Positions 26,684 through 36,368 of a stretch of DNA of 64,000 nt are shown piece after piece; the stretch's first letter is position 1, and each line of letters begins with the position of its first letter. Below the pieces are notes generated by a model. It did not search any database, was not told the origin of the DNA, and saw nothing but the letters and a program-made list of their open reading frames with translations. Source of the DNA: Mesorhizobium carmichaelinearum (lineage in GTDB: Bacteria; Pseudomonadota; Alphaproteobacteria; Rhizobiales; Rhizobiaceae); assembly GCA_943370265.1 (NCBI GenBank), contig CALRQH020000025.1, positions 1,038 to 65,037 on the forward strand, read 5' to 3'. A program made the translations under genes and the position numbers.

Positions 26684-27592
26684 TCAATACTCGTTGGTGC
26701 GCAGCCACTCGACATAGCGCGCCAGCCCGTCCTCCAGGCTGTATTTCGGCGCGTAGCCAAGTTCACGGATCGCTGCCGACTGGTCCCAAGGCCCTTGCCG
26801 GTCGAGATGGCAATAGCCAGGACCGATCGAGATCTTCGCCTCCGGCAAGAACTTGCGCAGTAGTTCGGCGGCCTCGGCCAGCGTCCAGGCGCGGTCGCCG
26901 AAGACGTTGAACACCGAGCCGTTCACGCTCTCAGCGGTGCTGGCCAGGATGGCGGCGCTGGCGACATCCTCGGCGTGGATGAAGTGGAACAGGTGATCCG
27001 AGCCGCTGTCCATGGTGAAGGCTTCGCCCCGCAGCACCGTCTTGACGATGTCGCGCAGGATCTGCGGCATGCGGTTGCCGGGGCCATAGACCTCGGAGAA
27101 ACGCAACGACATTGTCTGCAAGCCGTAAAGCTCGTTGTAAACGCGACAGAAATGCTCGACCGCCACTTTGCTGACGCCGTAGGGCGTGGTCGGCGTCGTC
27201 GCGGAAGTCTCGTCGATCGGGCCAGGGTGATTGCCATAGACGGTTTCGGACGAGAAACTGACCAGCCTGTTGATGCCGGCCATCCGCATGGCTTCCATCA
27301 CATTGACGGTGCCGTCGATATTGGCGACCACGGTGGTCAGCGGCAGGTCGATCGACAGGTCGGGATGCGACATCGCCGCCGTGTGGATGATGCGGTCGAT
27401 CTCGTATTTCTCGATGGTGCGCACCAGCCGTGGGATATCATAGAGTTCGCCTTGCACCGAGGTGACGAAATCCGTCGCCAGTTCGGCATAGTCGCGATTG
27501 TAGCTAACGACACGGGTGCCGCGTTCGGCGAGTTGGCGGACGATGGCCCGGCCGGTATAGCCCATGCCGCCGGTGACGAGTGTGGATGCCAT
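26684..27592 (-). CDS. NAD-dependent epimerase/dehydratase family protein
   Basis: MASTLVTGGMGYTGRAIVRQLAERG is a Rossmann motif. The YGVSK catalytic YxxxK is present. 302 aa. Confidence 0.85.
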   Translation of the reverse strand: MASTLVTGGMGYTGRAIVRQLAERGTRVVSYNRDYAELATDFVTSVQGELYDIPRLVRTIEKYEIDRIIHTAAMSHPDLSIDLPLTTVVANIDGTVNVMEAMRMAGINRLVSFSSETVYGNHPGPIDETSATTPTTPYGVSKVAVEHFCRVYNELYGLQTMSLRFSEVYGPGNRMPQILRDIVKTVLRGEAFTMDSGSDHLFHFIHAEDVASAAILASTAESVNGSVFNVFGDRAWTLAEAAELLRKFLPEAKISIGPGYCHLDRQGPWDQSAAIRELGYAPKYSLEDGLARYVEWLRTNEY

Positions 27593-27625
27593 TCTTTGTA
27601 CGCTCCTTGACGGGATGATTGGAAT

Positions 27626-28441
27626 TCAGTCGGCCAGCGGCAGGCCGGGGCTGGCCTTCAGCGCCCGCGAGATCTTCCTGGTCTCAGCGACGATGATGGC
27701 GCCGAGACGGTCCGGCGTCGGATTGAGGATGCGGGTGGTCGGGCCGGGAACGCTGATCGCCGCCACCGCCATGCCGTTGCTGCCGAGGATGGGTGCGGCA
27801 ATGCAGCTGACGCCGTCCTCGACCTCCTCGCGCTCGATGGCGTAGCCGCGCTCGCGCGTGCTCTGCAGGTCGGCGCGGAACAGTTCGGCATCGACGATGG
27901 TGCGTCTCGTGTAGCGCTTGGCCTGGCCGAAGATCAGCCGCAAGGCGTCGTCGGGATTCTGGAACGCCAGTATGGCCTTGGCCGAGGCCGAGGTGTTGGC
28001 CGGAAACGTGCTGCCGACGCGGATGGTCATGCGCAGTACGCGCGTGCCCTCGGCCTGATCGATATAGACGGAGCTGCGCCCGTTGAGCGCCACCAGATAG
28101 GCGCTCTCGCCGCTTTCCTGGGCGACGGCTTCCAGATGCGGCCGCGCCAGCACCCGGAGATGCGCGGTGCGCTGCTGCACCGAGGCGGCGACGGCGATGA
28201 TGCGATGGCCCAGCACATAGGCGTTGCGGTCCTTGCCGCGCGTCACATAGTCGGCCTCGACGAAAGTGGCGAGCAGCCGATGCGCGGTGCTCGGCGACAG
28301 GCCGGTGCGTTCGGCGATCTCCTGCAGCGTGGCGCCGCGCACGTCGAATGCGGCGAGCGCCTCGAGGATTGACAGGCCGCGCAGCAGCGACTGCACCTCA
28401 TTGGCGACGCGAGGGGGTTTTTCTTCCGGGTCAGGTGACAT
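27626..28441 (-). CDS. IclR-family transcriptional regulator
   Basis: SLLRGLSILEALAAFDVRGATLQEIAERTGLSPSTAHRLLATFVEADYV (wHTH) followed by an IclR effector domain. Confidence 0.9.
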   Translation of the reverse strand: MSPDPEEKPPRVANEVQSLLRGLSILEALAAFDVRGATLQEIAERTGLSPSTAHRLLATFVEADYVTRGKDRNAYVLGHRIIAVAASVQQRTAHLRVLARPHLEAVAQESGESAYLVALNGRSSVYIDQAEGTRVLRMTIRVGSTFPANTSASAKAILAFQNPDDALRLIFGQAKRYTRRTIVDAELFRADLQSTRERGYAIEREEVEDGVSCIAAPILGSNGMAVAAISVPGPTTRILNPTPDRLGAIIVAETRKISRALKASPGLPLAD

Positions 28442-28487
28442 CAGTTCGTTCCCTCCTGAATCAAGATCAGGCGCTATCTTGTTGTTT

Positions 28488-28499
28488 TATAATATTATA
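28488..28499. promoter_or_regulatory. Perfect 12-bp AT palindrome TATAATATTATA upstream of the IclR gene
   Basis: The sequence is self-complementary. It lies 47-58 nt upstream of the IclR start and overlaps the stop codon of the SDR gene. It is the only AT-only stretch in this GC-rich locus. Confidence 0.3.
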
Positions 28500-29229
28500 T
28501 AGCCGTCCCGCCGTTCGGGCTGATGATCTGTCCGACCATGTAGCTGCCGCCGGGGCCCGCCAGGAAATGCACGGCGGCGGCGATCTCGTCGGGCTGGCCG
28601 AAGCGGCGCAGCGGGATCTGTTCGCGCGTCTCGTCGTTGAATTCGATGGTGTCGTATTTCAGCATGTCGGTCTCGATCGGCCCCGGCGCCACCGAATTGA
28701 CGAGAATGCCTTTCGGCGCGACTTCCTTGGCCACCGCCTTGGTCAGGGCGATAACCCCGCCCTTGGAGGCGCAGTAGGCGGCGTAGGTCGGAAAGCCGAT
28801 CAGGCCGAGCTCGGACGAGACATTGATGATGCGGCCCGAGCCCTGCGCGATCATGCTGGGCAGCACGGCATGCAGGCAGTTCCATGTACCCGTCAGGTTG
28901 ATGGCGATGACGCGCGTCCAGTCCTCGAACGTCGTCTCGACCGTTGCCTTGGACAACAGCACGCCGGCATTGTTGACGAGGATATCGATGCGGCCATGGC
29001 GCGAGACGGCCGCGGCGATGAGTGCCGCCGCGTCCGCCGGCCTGGAGACATCGCCCTCGATCAGCGTCAGCGAACCGCCATTGGCGGTGGCGGTTTCCAC
29101 CAGGGCTTTTGTCTCGTCGCCGAAGCGCAGATCCAGCGCGACAACCTCGTCGCCATCCGCCACGAAGCGCCTGGTGACGGCAAGGCCGATACCCCGGCCC
29201 GCCCCAGTGACAACAACTACATTTTGCAT
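28495..29229 (-). CDS. Short-chain dehydrogenase/reductase
   Basis: The start at MQNVVVVTGAGRGIGLAV (29229) is the family-typical N-terminus. NNAG and YCASK motifs are present. The tracked ORF extends upstream into the permease gene. Confidence 0.85.
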   Translation of the reverse strand: MQNVVVVTGAGRGIGLAVTRRFVADGDEVVALDLRFGDETKALVETATANGGSLTLIEGDVSRPADAAALIAAAVSRHGRIDILVNNAGVLLSKATVETTFEDWTRVIAINLTGTWNCLHAVLPSMIAQGSGRIINVSSELGLIGFPTYAAYCASKGGVIALTKAVAKEVAPKGILVNSVAPGPIETDMLKYDTIEFNDETREQIPLRRFGQPDEIAAAVHFLAGPGGSYMVGQIISPNGGTAI

Positions 29230-29273
29230 CGCTTCACCCGTTTGAAAAACATGCTGCCTTGGACGGGCCGGGA

Positions 29274-30680
29274 TTACCGGGCCCGCGCCGACCAGAGTTT
29301 CGACAGCGCGAACAGGACGATGCCGCCGGCCACCACCACGCCCTCGCCGACCAGATACTGGGTCTCCTGCTGCCACAGCGCGAAGCCGGTGAACACGGTA
29401 ACGATGATGGCCGGCAACGGCCACAGCGGCATGCGGAACGGCCGGGGGCTGGTGCGATCCTTGATGCGGCTCCAGAACGCGGCCAGGCCGACGCAGAAAT
29501 AGACGGCGGTGATCATCGTTCCGGAGAAGATGATCAGCCAGTCGAGCTGGCTGACGAATAGCAGCGGGATGGCCGGCACGACGAGCACGAGAACGCCCCA
29601 GCCCGGCACGCCCTTGCTGTTGAGCGACCCCAGCCGCTGGTTGACAGCGCGCGGCCACAGCTTGTCGCGGCCGGTGGCGAAGACGCCGCGGGCAAAATAC
29701 ATCAGCAGCGACAGCGCGCCGTTGAACAGCGCGATGATGACGCCGATGTCGACGACGGCCTTGGCGATGGGCCCGAGCGCCTGCTCGACGGAATAGACCA
29801 CCGGCGTCGGGCTGGAGAGGAAGGCCTTGAGGTCGGGCGCCGCGACCACCGCCGCCGCGAATGGAATCGTGATGAGCAGGCTGGCGAGGATCGCCGCGAT
29901 GACCACCGCCTTGCCGATCTGGCGCGGTCCGTCATGCATCTCTTCGGAGAAACCAAGTGCGGCGTCATAGCCGTTGATGATGTTGAAGGCAGGCGCCAGC
30001 GCCGTGATCGCTACGGCAAAGGTGACGGGGATCAGATTGCCGTCGACAAGATGCACCGGGCTCAAGGTCACCGCCGTCAGGTCCTGGCTCCAGTTGAGCA
30101 CGGCCGCGACGGTGATGAGGCCGAGAACCGAAACCTCGACAATGACCATGATGGCGGTGGTCCAGGCGCCAACCTCGACCTTGGTCAGCGCGATCGCCGC
30201 CGCCGCGAACAGGGCGATGAGCGCGATAGCGCCATTGGCCAGCGGGATGCCGGGAAACAGGTCTTTCAGGAAGATGGCGATACCCAACGTCAGACTTCCG
30301 GGGATCACGATGCCCTGCAGCAGGTAGTTGAGCAGCGTGATCCAGGCGACCGGCGCCGGCAGCACGTCCTTGACGATCGAATACATGCCGCCCGCCGACG
30401 GGTTGCGCGACGACAATTCGCCGAGGCACAGCGCGATGAGCACGACGATGGCGCTCAGGATCAGGCAGGCGCCGATGGTGAAAGTGCCGCTGATCGAGAC
30501 AACGCCGGCGGTGAGCAGAAGCACCGCCATGGTGGGCGAGACGTCGGCCATGGCCAGTCCGACAACGTGCCAGACGCCAAGCGACTTGCGGAACTTGTGG
30601 GTGTGCGGATCGTCGATCAATCCTTCCACCCGGCTGATGGTGCCGTCGCCCTTGAGCGACTGGTTTGTGCTTGTCGACAT
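29274..30680 (-). CDS. APC-superfamily amino acid/polyamine permease
   Basis: 468 aa with about 12 TM segments and a typical APC N-terminal region (LGVWHVVGLAMADVSPTMAVLL). Confidence 0.8.
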   Translation of the reverse strand: MSTSTNQSLKGDGTISRVEGLIDDPHTHKFRKSLGVWHVVGLAMADVSPTMAVLLLTAGVVSISGTFTIGACLILSAIVVLIALCLGELSSRNPSAGGMYSIVKDVLPAPVAWITLLNYLLQGIVIPGSLTLGIAIFLKDLFPGIPLANGAIALIALFAAAAIALTKVEVGAWTTAIMVIVEVSVLGLITVAAVLNWSQDLTAVTLSPVHLVDGNLIPVTFAVAITALAPAFNIINGYDAALGFSEEMHDGPRQIGKAVVIAAILASLLITIPFAAAVVAAPDLKAFLSSPTPVVYSVEQALGPIAKAVVDIGVIIALFNGALSLLMYFARGVFATGRDKLWPRAVNQRLGSLNSKGVPGWGVLVLVVPAIPLLFVSQLDWLIIFSGTMITAVYFCVGLAAFWSRIKDRTSPRPFRMPLWPLPAIIVTVFTGFALWQQETQYLVGEGVVVAGGIVLFALSKLWSARAR

Positions 30681-30755
30681 CGTATCCTCCCTGGAAAGCC
30701 GATGCAGAAGGATCAGCTTGAAACCTAGTCAATTCAAGATCCAGATTCCGCATCG

Positions 30756-30777
30756 TGGAAAGTGTGAAATTTTTTCC
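30756..30777. promoter_or_regulatory. Weak IclR-box-like inverted repeat (TGGAAA-N11-TTTCC) upstream of the permease gene
   Basis: tggaaagtgtgaaattttttcc lies 76-97 nt upstream of the permease start. It resembles the TGGAAA/TTTCCA half-sites of the E. coli IclR box, but the spacing differs. Confidence 0.25.
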
Positions 30778-30946
30778 GCGGAGGCATTGATGGGCGAGCC
30801 GACTAAAATCCCGCTGCGATGGCTCGAATTGAAAGATACCTGACGCCATCGGACATTGCCTACTCTCCGTAGTTTAATCGAAGCCGGAGCCACTTCGCGG
30901 AGAAGTCGCTGAACGCCCGGACGCGGGGATTACTTTTCAGATCCAG

Positions 30947-31275
30947 GTGGTACTGAATTCACTGCACATACATGATCGCGAGGACGAGACCTTTGTTCTC
31001 CTGGACGACGCCTGCGAATTCTGGCTGGAGGGAGAGATGTTCACAAGGGTGGCCGGCGCGACGATGTTTGTTCCCCTGGTCGCGAGTACAGTTTCAGAGT
31101 GGTGGGCGATACGCTTTACCGCCATCTTGTGATCCTCACACTTGGCGGCTTCGAAGGATTCTTTCGGGAAATGGCCGCTGGCCAGTTCAGCATCCCGCAA
31201 GACATGGACCCGATCATGAAATCCGCGGAGCAGTATAGCCTTCGCTTCGCCGGCCCGCCTTTGGGAGCGGAATAA
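30947..31275 (+). pseudogene. Cupin-domain gene with a frameshift in a C4 run (and probably N-terminally truncated)
   Basis: Frame 1 reads LHIHDREDETFVLLDDACEFWLEGEMFTRVAGATMFVP. Frame 3 continues GREYSFRVVGDTLYRHLVILTLGGFEGFFREMAAGQFSIPQDMDPIMKSAEQYSLRFAGPPLGAE*. The switch is at cccc 31073-31076. Confidence 0.6.
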
Positions 31276-31715
31276 CGAGGGCGCTCACGCCAGCGCATTA
31301 TCGACGGGCGCGAAGGCGAACATGCCTTCCGCGCCGTCGTTCTGGGCAATGGCTTCGAAATCCGGCGCATCTTCCGCGACTACGCTGCGGGCCAGTCGGC
31401 CAAGAAGATTGCCTAGCCTGCCCCTTCAACCCGCCCGCGCAAGGGCGCCGTCAAGAGCGTCGAGACAAGCTCGATCCACCTCGATACGATCCGGAATCTC
31501 AAGCAGATCAATTCGCGGCTAGCCTCGATCGCCTATCCAGTCATCGAGGAACTCGGCATTCTCGGCAGTTCAAGGCTGAACGCGCCTTTAAACACCCGTG
31601 CCTCATAAGTTTGCCCAAGTTCTGACGCGCGACAATCTGGACGAGATCCCAGTGTCGCGGTCATCGGCGACCGTATCATCGTGATTGTCGCTCTATGCAA
31701 GTCCGAAGAGCAGCG

Positions 31716-33137
31716 TCAACTTCGCGCTATTGCATCGGCAAGCCGATCAAAGTGGCGTTTCATTTTCTCCGCTGGCACACCCGAGAAGCCGAGGATGATC
31801 GCCCCGGGCCTTTTGACGTCAACGGCGTACTCCGACAGTGGGTAACACTGAACGTCCGCGGCCAGAGCGGCCCGGCGCACGGCGTCGTCATCGCGACCCC
31901 CTTCGAGCCAGGCCAGAGCGTTCATGCCACTGTCCGGACAGTCGATCCGGGCGAGGCCGTTGAGCGCAGCAGCGCCCAGTTCAACGAAAGCCGCGCGCCG
32001 CTGCGCGTAGAGGTCGCGCATCCGCCTGAGATGCGTGGCGAAGTGCCCGCCGCCGATGAATTCGGCGAGCGCCAGCTGAACTTCAACCGAAACGCTGCGG
32101 TTGACTAGCCCCGCAAAACTGCGGAAGGTTCCGACGAGTTGTGGCGGCAGCACTAGGTAGCCAACGCGGATGGCCGGATAGAGAGCCTTGCTAAAGGTGC
32201 CGACATAGATAACCCGATCGTGGCTGTCGATTGACCGTATCGAAGGCAGAGGCGGTCCCACATATCGAAACTCGCTGTCATAATCGTCCTCAATGATCCA
32301 CGACCCGTTCGTCCGGGCCCAGTCGAGCATGGCCATGCGGCGTGGGAGCGATAGCGTCACGCCAAGCGGATGATGCCGCGACGGCATTGTGAAGGCGAAG
32401 CGTGCATCAGGATATCTTGCGACTGCCCCGGCCACGTCCATGCCGTCGGGGTCGACATCCACAGGGCAGACCTTGAGGGCCAGTGTCTGGAAGAGATTGT
32501 GGACCGTAACCGGGCCAGGATCCTCGAACCAAATCTTGTCCCCGGGATTGGCAAGCACCAGAGCGGCGAGCATAAAGGCGCTGTGCCCTCCGGGCGTCAC
32601 CACGATCTGCTCTGGGTCGCAATGGTCGCCCCGGTGGAGCGCCAAGTACTCGGCTATCCTCTGTCGCAGCACCGCTTCGCCGGCAGGGTCGCCATATCCC
32701 AAGCCGCCGGCATCTCCCCCTCTGGTCGCTGCGTCCCAGCATTTGCGCCAGACCGCAAACGGAAACCGCTCGAAGGCAGGGTGATTGGGCAGGAAAGGAC
32801 GGTAGGCCACCTTGCCGATGTCGGCCGACATCCGAAGCGAAAGTCCTCCGATCAGCGACAGGCGCGGCACAGCGATCGTTGTGCCGGCAACGTCCGATGT
32901 TTGACCCTGGCGGGGCAATTGCCGCGGAAGATCGCCTGCCACGAAGGTGCCGGAACCTTGCCGCGTTTCCAGATATCCCTCGGACTTCAGGTTCTCCAGC
33001 ACCCGGACAATCGTCGGACGGGACATGGCCAGTTCGTCGGCAAGAACGCGGCTGGCCGGCAGGCGGGATCCGGCCCGCAAATGCCCCTGGAGAATTGCGG
33101 TACGAAGCTGGTCCTGTATCTGCCGGAACTTCGGCAT
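31716..33137 (-). CDS. MocR-type regulator (GntR HTH fused to a PLP aminotransferase-like domain)
   Basis: The start at MPKFRQIQDQLRTAILQGHLRAGSRLPASRVLADELAMSRPTIVRVLENLKSEGYLETRQGSGTFV is a GntR wHTH. It is followed by about 400 aa of fold-type-I aminotransferase-like sequence (YGDPAGEAVLRQRIAEYL...VIYVGTFSKALYPAIRVGYLV). Confidence 0.85.
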   Translation of the reverse strand: MPKFRQIQDQLRTAILQGHLRAGSRLPASRVLADELAMSRPTIVRVLENLKSEGYLETRQGSGTFVAGDLPRQLPRQGQTSDVAGTTIAVPRLSLIGGLSLRMSADIGKVAYRPFLPNHPAFERFPFAVWRKCWDAATRGGDAGGLGYGDPAGEAVLRQRIAEYLALHRGDHCDPEQIVVTPGGHSAFMLAALVLANPGDKIWFEDPGPVTVHNLFQTLALKVCPVDVDPDGMDVAGAVARYPDARFAFTMPSRHHPLGVTLSLPRRMAMLDWARTNGSWIIEDDYDSEFRYVGPPLPSIRSIDSHDRVIYVGTFSKALYPAIRVGYLVLPPQLVGTFRSFAGLVNRSVSVEVQLALAEFIGGGHFATHLRRMRDLYAQRRAAFVELGAAALNGLARIDCPDSGMNALAWLEGGRDDDAVRRAALAADVQCYPLSEYAVDVKRPGAIILGFSGVPAEKMKRHFDRLADAIARS

Positions 33138-33253
33138 CGGGGCGTCGGGGTCGACCCGCACGAAGGGCAGTATTGGTCCCTGTTGGTGCTTTGCCAATCG
33201 AACGATCCAGATGTGACATCGACGTGAAATTGGTATGCTGCGATCGAGCATAG

Positions 33254-33274
33254 TGGACATTGATAGTTTGTCCA
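33254..33274. promoter_or_regulatory. Inverted repeat TGGACA-N9-TGTCCA in the MocR/ABC divergent region
   Basis: tggacattgatagtttgtcca lies between the MocR start (33137) and the SBP start (33497). A related ttggtcc element lies about 85 bp to the left. Confidence 0.3.
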
Positions 33275-33496
33275 ATTGTTGCATTCTTGCGACAACCAAA
33301 CGGCCATTTCAGACAATGTCGTTGTCTCCGCGAGTGAACGGCAGGCGGGGCTGTTCCGGAGATTCCACCGGAGTGACTCCGAAGTGTTTCACCCGCGGGC
33401 CTAGTGCCCTGCGAGACAATAGCCGCCGGCTGGGACGAAATATTGGGGAACTGCCACGAAGATTGACGCCGACAGGCGTTTGAACAGGAGAAATCG

Positions 33497-34612
33497 ATGA
33501 AGAATTTCGCCAACACCGCAAGCCACATGGCTCTTGCCTCCGCGCTCGGCCTGACCGCGTTAGCCGGCGCCGCCCGTGCCGACGCGATCAGCGACCTGGC
33601 CGCCGCCGCGACCAAAGAGGGCATGTTGACCGTAATCGCCCTGCCGCACGACTGGTGCGGCTATGGCGACGTGATCGCAAGCTTCAAGGCAAAGTATCCG
33701 GGCATTACGATCAACGAACTGAATCCGGATGCAGGGACCGGCGACGAGATCGAGGCGATCAAGGCGAACAAGGGCAATACCGGCCCGCAGGCGCCCGACG
33801 TCGTTGACCTGGGCCTGGCTTTTGCCCCCTCGGCAAAGGCCGACGGTCTGATCCAACCCTACAAGGTGGCAAGCTGGGGCGAGATCCCGGACAATATCAA
33901 GGATTCCGACGGCTACTGGTACGGGGACTATTACGGCGTGATGGCCTTCGGCGTGAACAAGGACCTGATCAAGACGACCCCGACCGACTGGGCCGACCTC
34001 CAGAAACCAGAATATGCCAACGCCGTTTCCCTCACCGGTGATCCGCGCTCGTCCTCCCAGGCGATTCTCGCCGTGATGTCGTCGGGCTTGTCGCAGGGCG
34101 CGAAGGTCGGCGAAGAAGGCGGCAAGAAGGGCCTGGAGTTCTTTGCGCAGCTCAATAAGGCCGGCAACTTCGTGCCGGTCATGGGCAAGGCCGGAACCAT
34201 CGCCCAGGGCCAGACCCCGATCGTCGCCGCTTGGGACTACAACCTGCTTGCCTGGCGCGACGGCCTCAAGGGCAATCCGCCCATGGACGTCGTGGTGCCG
34301 AAGTCGGGCGTCGTGGCTGGCGTCTACGTGCAGGCGATCAGCGCCTACGCCCCTCATCCGAACGCAGCCAAGCTCTGGATGGAATATCTGTATTCCGACG
34401 AAGGTCAGGTCGGCTGGCTGAAGGGCTACTGCCATCCCGCCCGTTTCGCCGCCATGTCGAAGGCTGGCAAATTCCCGCAGGAACTCCTCGACAAGTTGCC
34501 GCCCGCCGCCGCCTACGAGGCCGCGATCTTCCCGACTGTCGACGAACTTGCCGCCAACAAGACCGAGGTTACCGGGGGCTGGGACAAGGTGGTCGGCGCC
34601 AACGTCAAATAG
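33497..34612 (+). CDS. Family-1 periplasmic solute-binding protein (polyamine/iron/phosphonate type)
   Basis: Signal peptide MKNFANTASHMALASALGLTALAGAARA. 371 aa. Layout matches PotD/AfuA/PhnS-like proteins. First gene of an SBP-permease-permease-ATPase operon. Confidence 0.8.
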   Translation: MKNFANTASHMALASALGLTALAGAARADAISDLAAAATKEGMLTVIALPHDWCGYGDVIASFKAKYPGITINELNPDAGTGDEIEAIKANKGNTGPQAPDVVDLGLAFAPSAKADGLIQPYKVASWGEIPDNIKDSDGYWYGDYYGVMAFGVNKDLIKTTPTDWADLQKPEYANAVSLTGDPRSSSQAILAVMSSGLSQGAKVGEEGGKKGLEFFAQLNKAGNFVPVMGKAGTIAQGQTPIVAAWDYNLLAWRDGLKGNPPMDVVVPKSGVVAGVYVQAISAYAPHPNAAKLWMEYLYSDEGQVGWLKGYCHPARFAAMSKAGKFPQELLDKLPPAAAYEAAIFPTVDELAANKTEVTGGWDKVVGANVK

Positions 34613-34639
34613 ATCCTGACGCCGCATCTCGCAACACCA

Positions 34640-34662
34640 GGCTCCGCCCGCGGCGCGGAGCC
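34640..34662 (+). terminator. Intercistronic GC hairpin after the SBP gene (attenuator/partial terminator candidate)
   Basis: ggctccgc-ccgcggc-gcggagcc followed by tggtctcgattatttgg. This is the typical position for differential SBP/permease expression. Confidence 0.4.
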
Positions 34663-34696
34663 TGGTCTCGATTATTTGGTCGCCGGACGCTCCAGC

Positions 34697-35581
34697 ATGA
34701 CGATGAACATTGCATCCGCGGGCTCCGCCATCCGGACCCGTCAGGCGCTAAACTGGCTGGGCATCGCCCCATTCCTGCTGTTCGCCCTGCTATTCCTGAT
34801 CCTGCCGACAATGAACATTGTCATCGGTGCATTCGGGAATGCCAACGGCGACCTGACCTTCGACAACATCGTGGCGCTGTTCACGCCCTCGATCCGCCAG
34901 GCGTTCTGGATCTCCATCGAGCTGAGCTTGTTGACGGCGGTGCTCGGCTGCTGCTTCGGATTCCTGATTGCCGCGGCCATCACGCTCGGTAACCTGCCCC
35001 GCTGGCTGCGCAATACCGTCACCACCTTTTCCGGCGTTGCCTCCAATTTCGCTGGCGTGCCGCTGTCCTTCGCTTTCATTGCGACACTCGGCCGGCTCGG
35101 TTTCGTGACCTTAATCCTGCGAGACTGGTTCGGGGTGAACCTCTACGCCTCCGGCTTCAACCTCATCTCCTTTCTCGGCCTTTCCATCACCTATCTCTAC
35201 TTCCAGATCCCGTTGATGGTTCTCATCATCACCCCGGCCCTCGAGGGCCTGCGGCGGGAGTGGCGAGAAGCAGCTGAAATCCTGGGAGCCAGCGGCTTTC
35301 AATACTGGCGCATGATCGCCCTGCCGGTGCTGTGGCCGTCGCTGCTGGGGACATTGGCGCTTCTTTTTGCCAACGCCTTCGGTGCCGTCGCCACGGCAAT
35401 CGCGTTGACCGGATCGTCGCTGTCGATCGTGCCGATCATGCTCTTCGCTCAAATCCGAGGCGATGTGCTGAACGATCCTCATCTGGGCTACGCCATCGCC
35501 TTTGCGATGATCGCCCTCACCGCCATGGCCAACGCCATCTACATCTTGCTGCGCGTACGCGCCGAAAGGTGGATCAAATGA
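34697..35581 (+). CDS. ABC transporter permease
   Basis: Six-TM BPD_transp_1 type with loop EAAEILGASGFQYWRMIALPVLWPS. The ATG at 34697 is preferred over the TTG at 34676. Confidence 0.85.
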   Translation: MTMNIASAGSAIRTRQALNWLGIAPFLLFALLFLILPTMNIVIGAFGNANGDLTFDNIVALFTPSIRQAFWISIELSLLTAVLGCCFGFLIAAAITLGNLPRWLRNTVTTFSGVASNFAGVPLSFAFIATLGRLGFVTLILRDWFGVNLYASGFNLISFLGLSITYLYFQIPLMVLIITPALEGLRREWREAAEILGASGFQYWRMIALPVLWPSLLGTLALLFANAFGAVATAIALTGSSLSIVPIMLFAQIRGDVLNDPHLGYAIAFAMIALTAMANAIYILLRVRAERWIK

Positions 35582-36366
35582 ACGGCAATCGCATCTGGTC
35601 GTGGGCCGTCATTCTCTTCGGCTCACTGTACTTCCTACTGCCGCTCGCCGGCATGTTCGAATTCTCGATGCGCATGAAGCGAGATGGCTATAGCTTCGAA
35701 GCCTACCGTGTGGTGCTGGCTGACCCGCAGTTCCAGCACACGTTCGGCTATTCCATCGTGCTGGCGCTCCTCACCATCGTGCTTGGCACGCTCATCGTCG
35801 TACCGACCGCCTATTGGGTGCGGCTGCGGCTGTCGGCGGCGCGCCCCCTGATCGAGTTCATCACGCTGCTGCCGCTGGTCATTCCGCCGATCGTCATCGT
35901 CTTCGGCTATATCCGCGTCTACAATACGTCCTCGATCCTGCCCCTGACCGGAAGCTGGTGGGGCACCAATGTTCTCACCCTTTTCGGCTATGCCACGCTC
36001 GCGCTGCCTTACATGTATCGCGCGGTCGATACGGGCTTGCGCACCATCGACGTCGCCACCCTGACCGAGGCGGCGCAAAGTCTTGGCGCGAGCTGGACAA
36101 GGATCCTGGCGACAGTCATCCTGCCCAATGTCCTGATCTCGGTGCTGTCGGGCGCCTTCCTGACATTTGCCATTGTGATCGGCGAATATGTCTTCGCGGC
36201 CCTGCTGAACGTCAACAGTTTCGGTCCCTACATGGTCTGGATGGGCGGCAACCGCGCGTACGAACCCTCGGCGCTAGCGGTCATCGCCTTCATCATCACT
36301 TGGGCCTGCATGGGGCTGATCCAGCTCGTCACACGCTTCTCGAAATTCTCCGCAGCGAGGCGCTAG
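35578..36366 (+). CDS. ABC transporter permease
   Basis: MNGNRIWSWAVILFGSLYFLLPL... with loop EAAQSLGASWTRILATVILPNV. ATGA overlap with the upstream stop. Confidence 0.85.
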   Translation: MNGNRIWSWAVILFGSLYFLLPLAGMFEFSMRMKRDGYSFEAYRVVLADPQFQHTFGYSIVLALLTIVLGTLIVVPTAYWVRLRLSAARPLIEFITLLPLVIPPIVIVFGYIRVYNTSSILPLTGSWWGTNVLTLFGYATLALPYMYRAVDTGLRTIDVATLTEAAQSLGASWTRILATVILPNVLISVLSGAFLTFAIVIGEYVFAALLNVNSFGPYMVWMGGNRAYEPSALAVIAFIITWACMGLIQLVTRFSKFSAARR

Positions 36367-36368
36367 TC

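Noticed and set aside
31276-31715. Possible gene fragment on the minus strand (…IDLLEIPDRIEVDRACLDALDGALARAG / LGNLLGRLARSVVAEDAPDFEAIAQNDGAEGMFAFAPVDNALA).
   Set aside because: It is interrupted by stops, has no start, and I cannot assign a family. It is noted only as probable debris.
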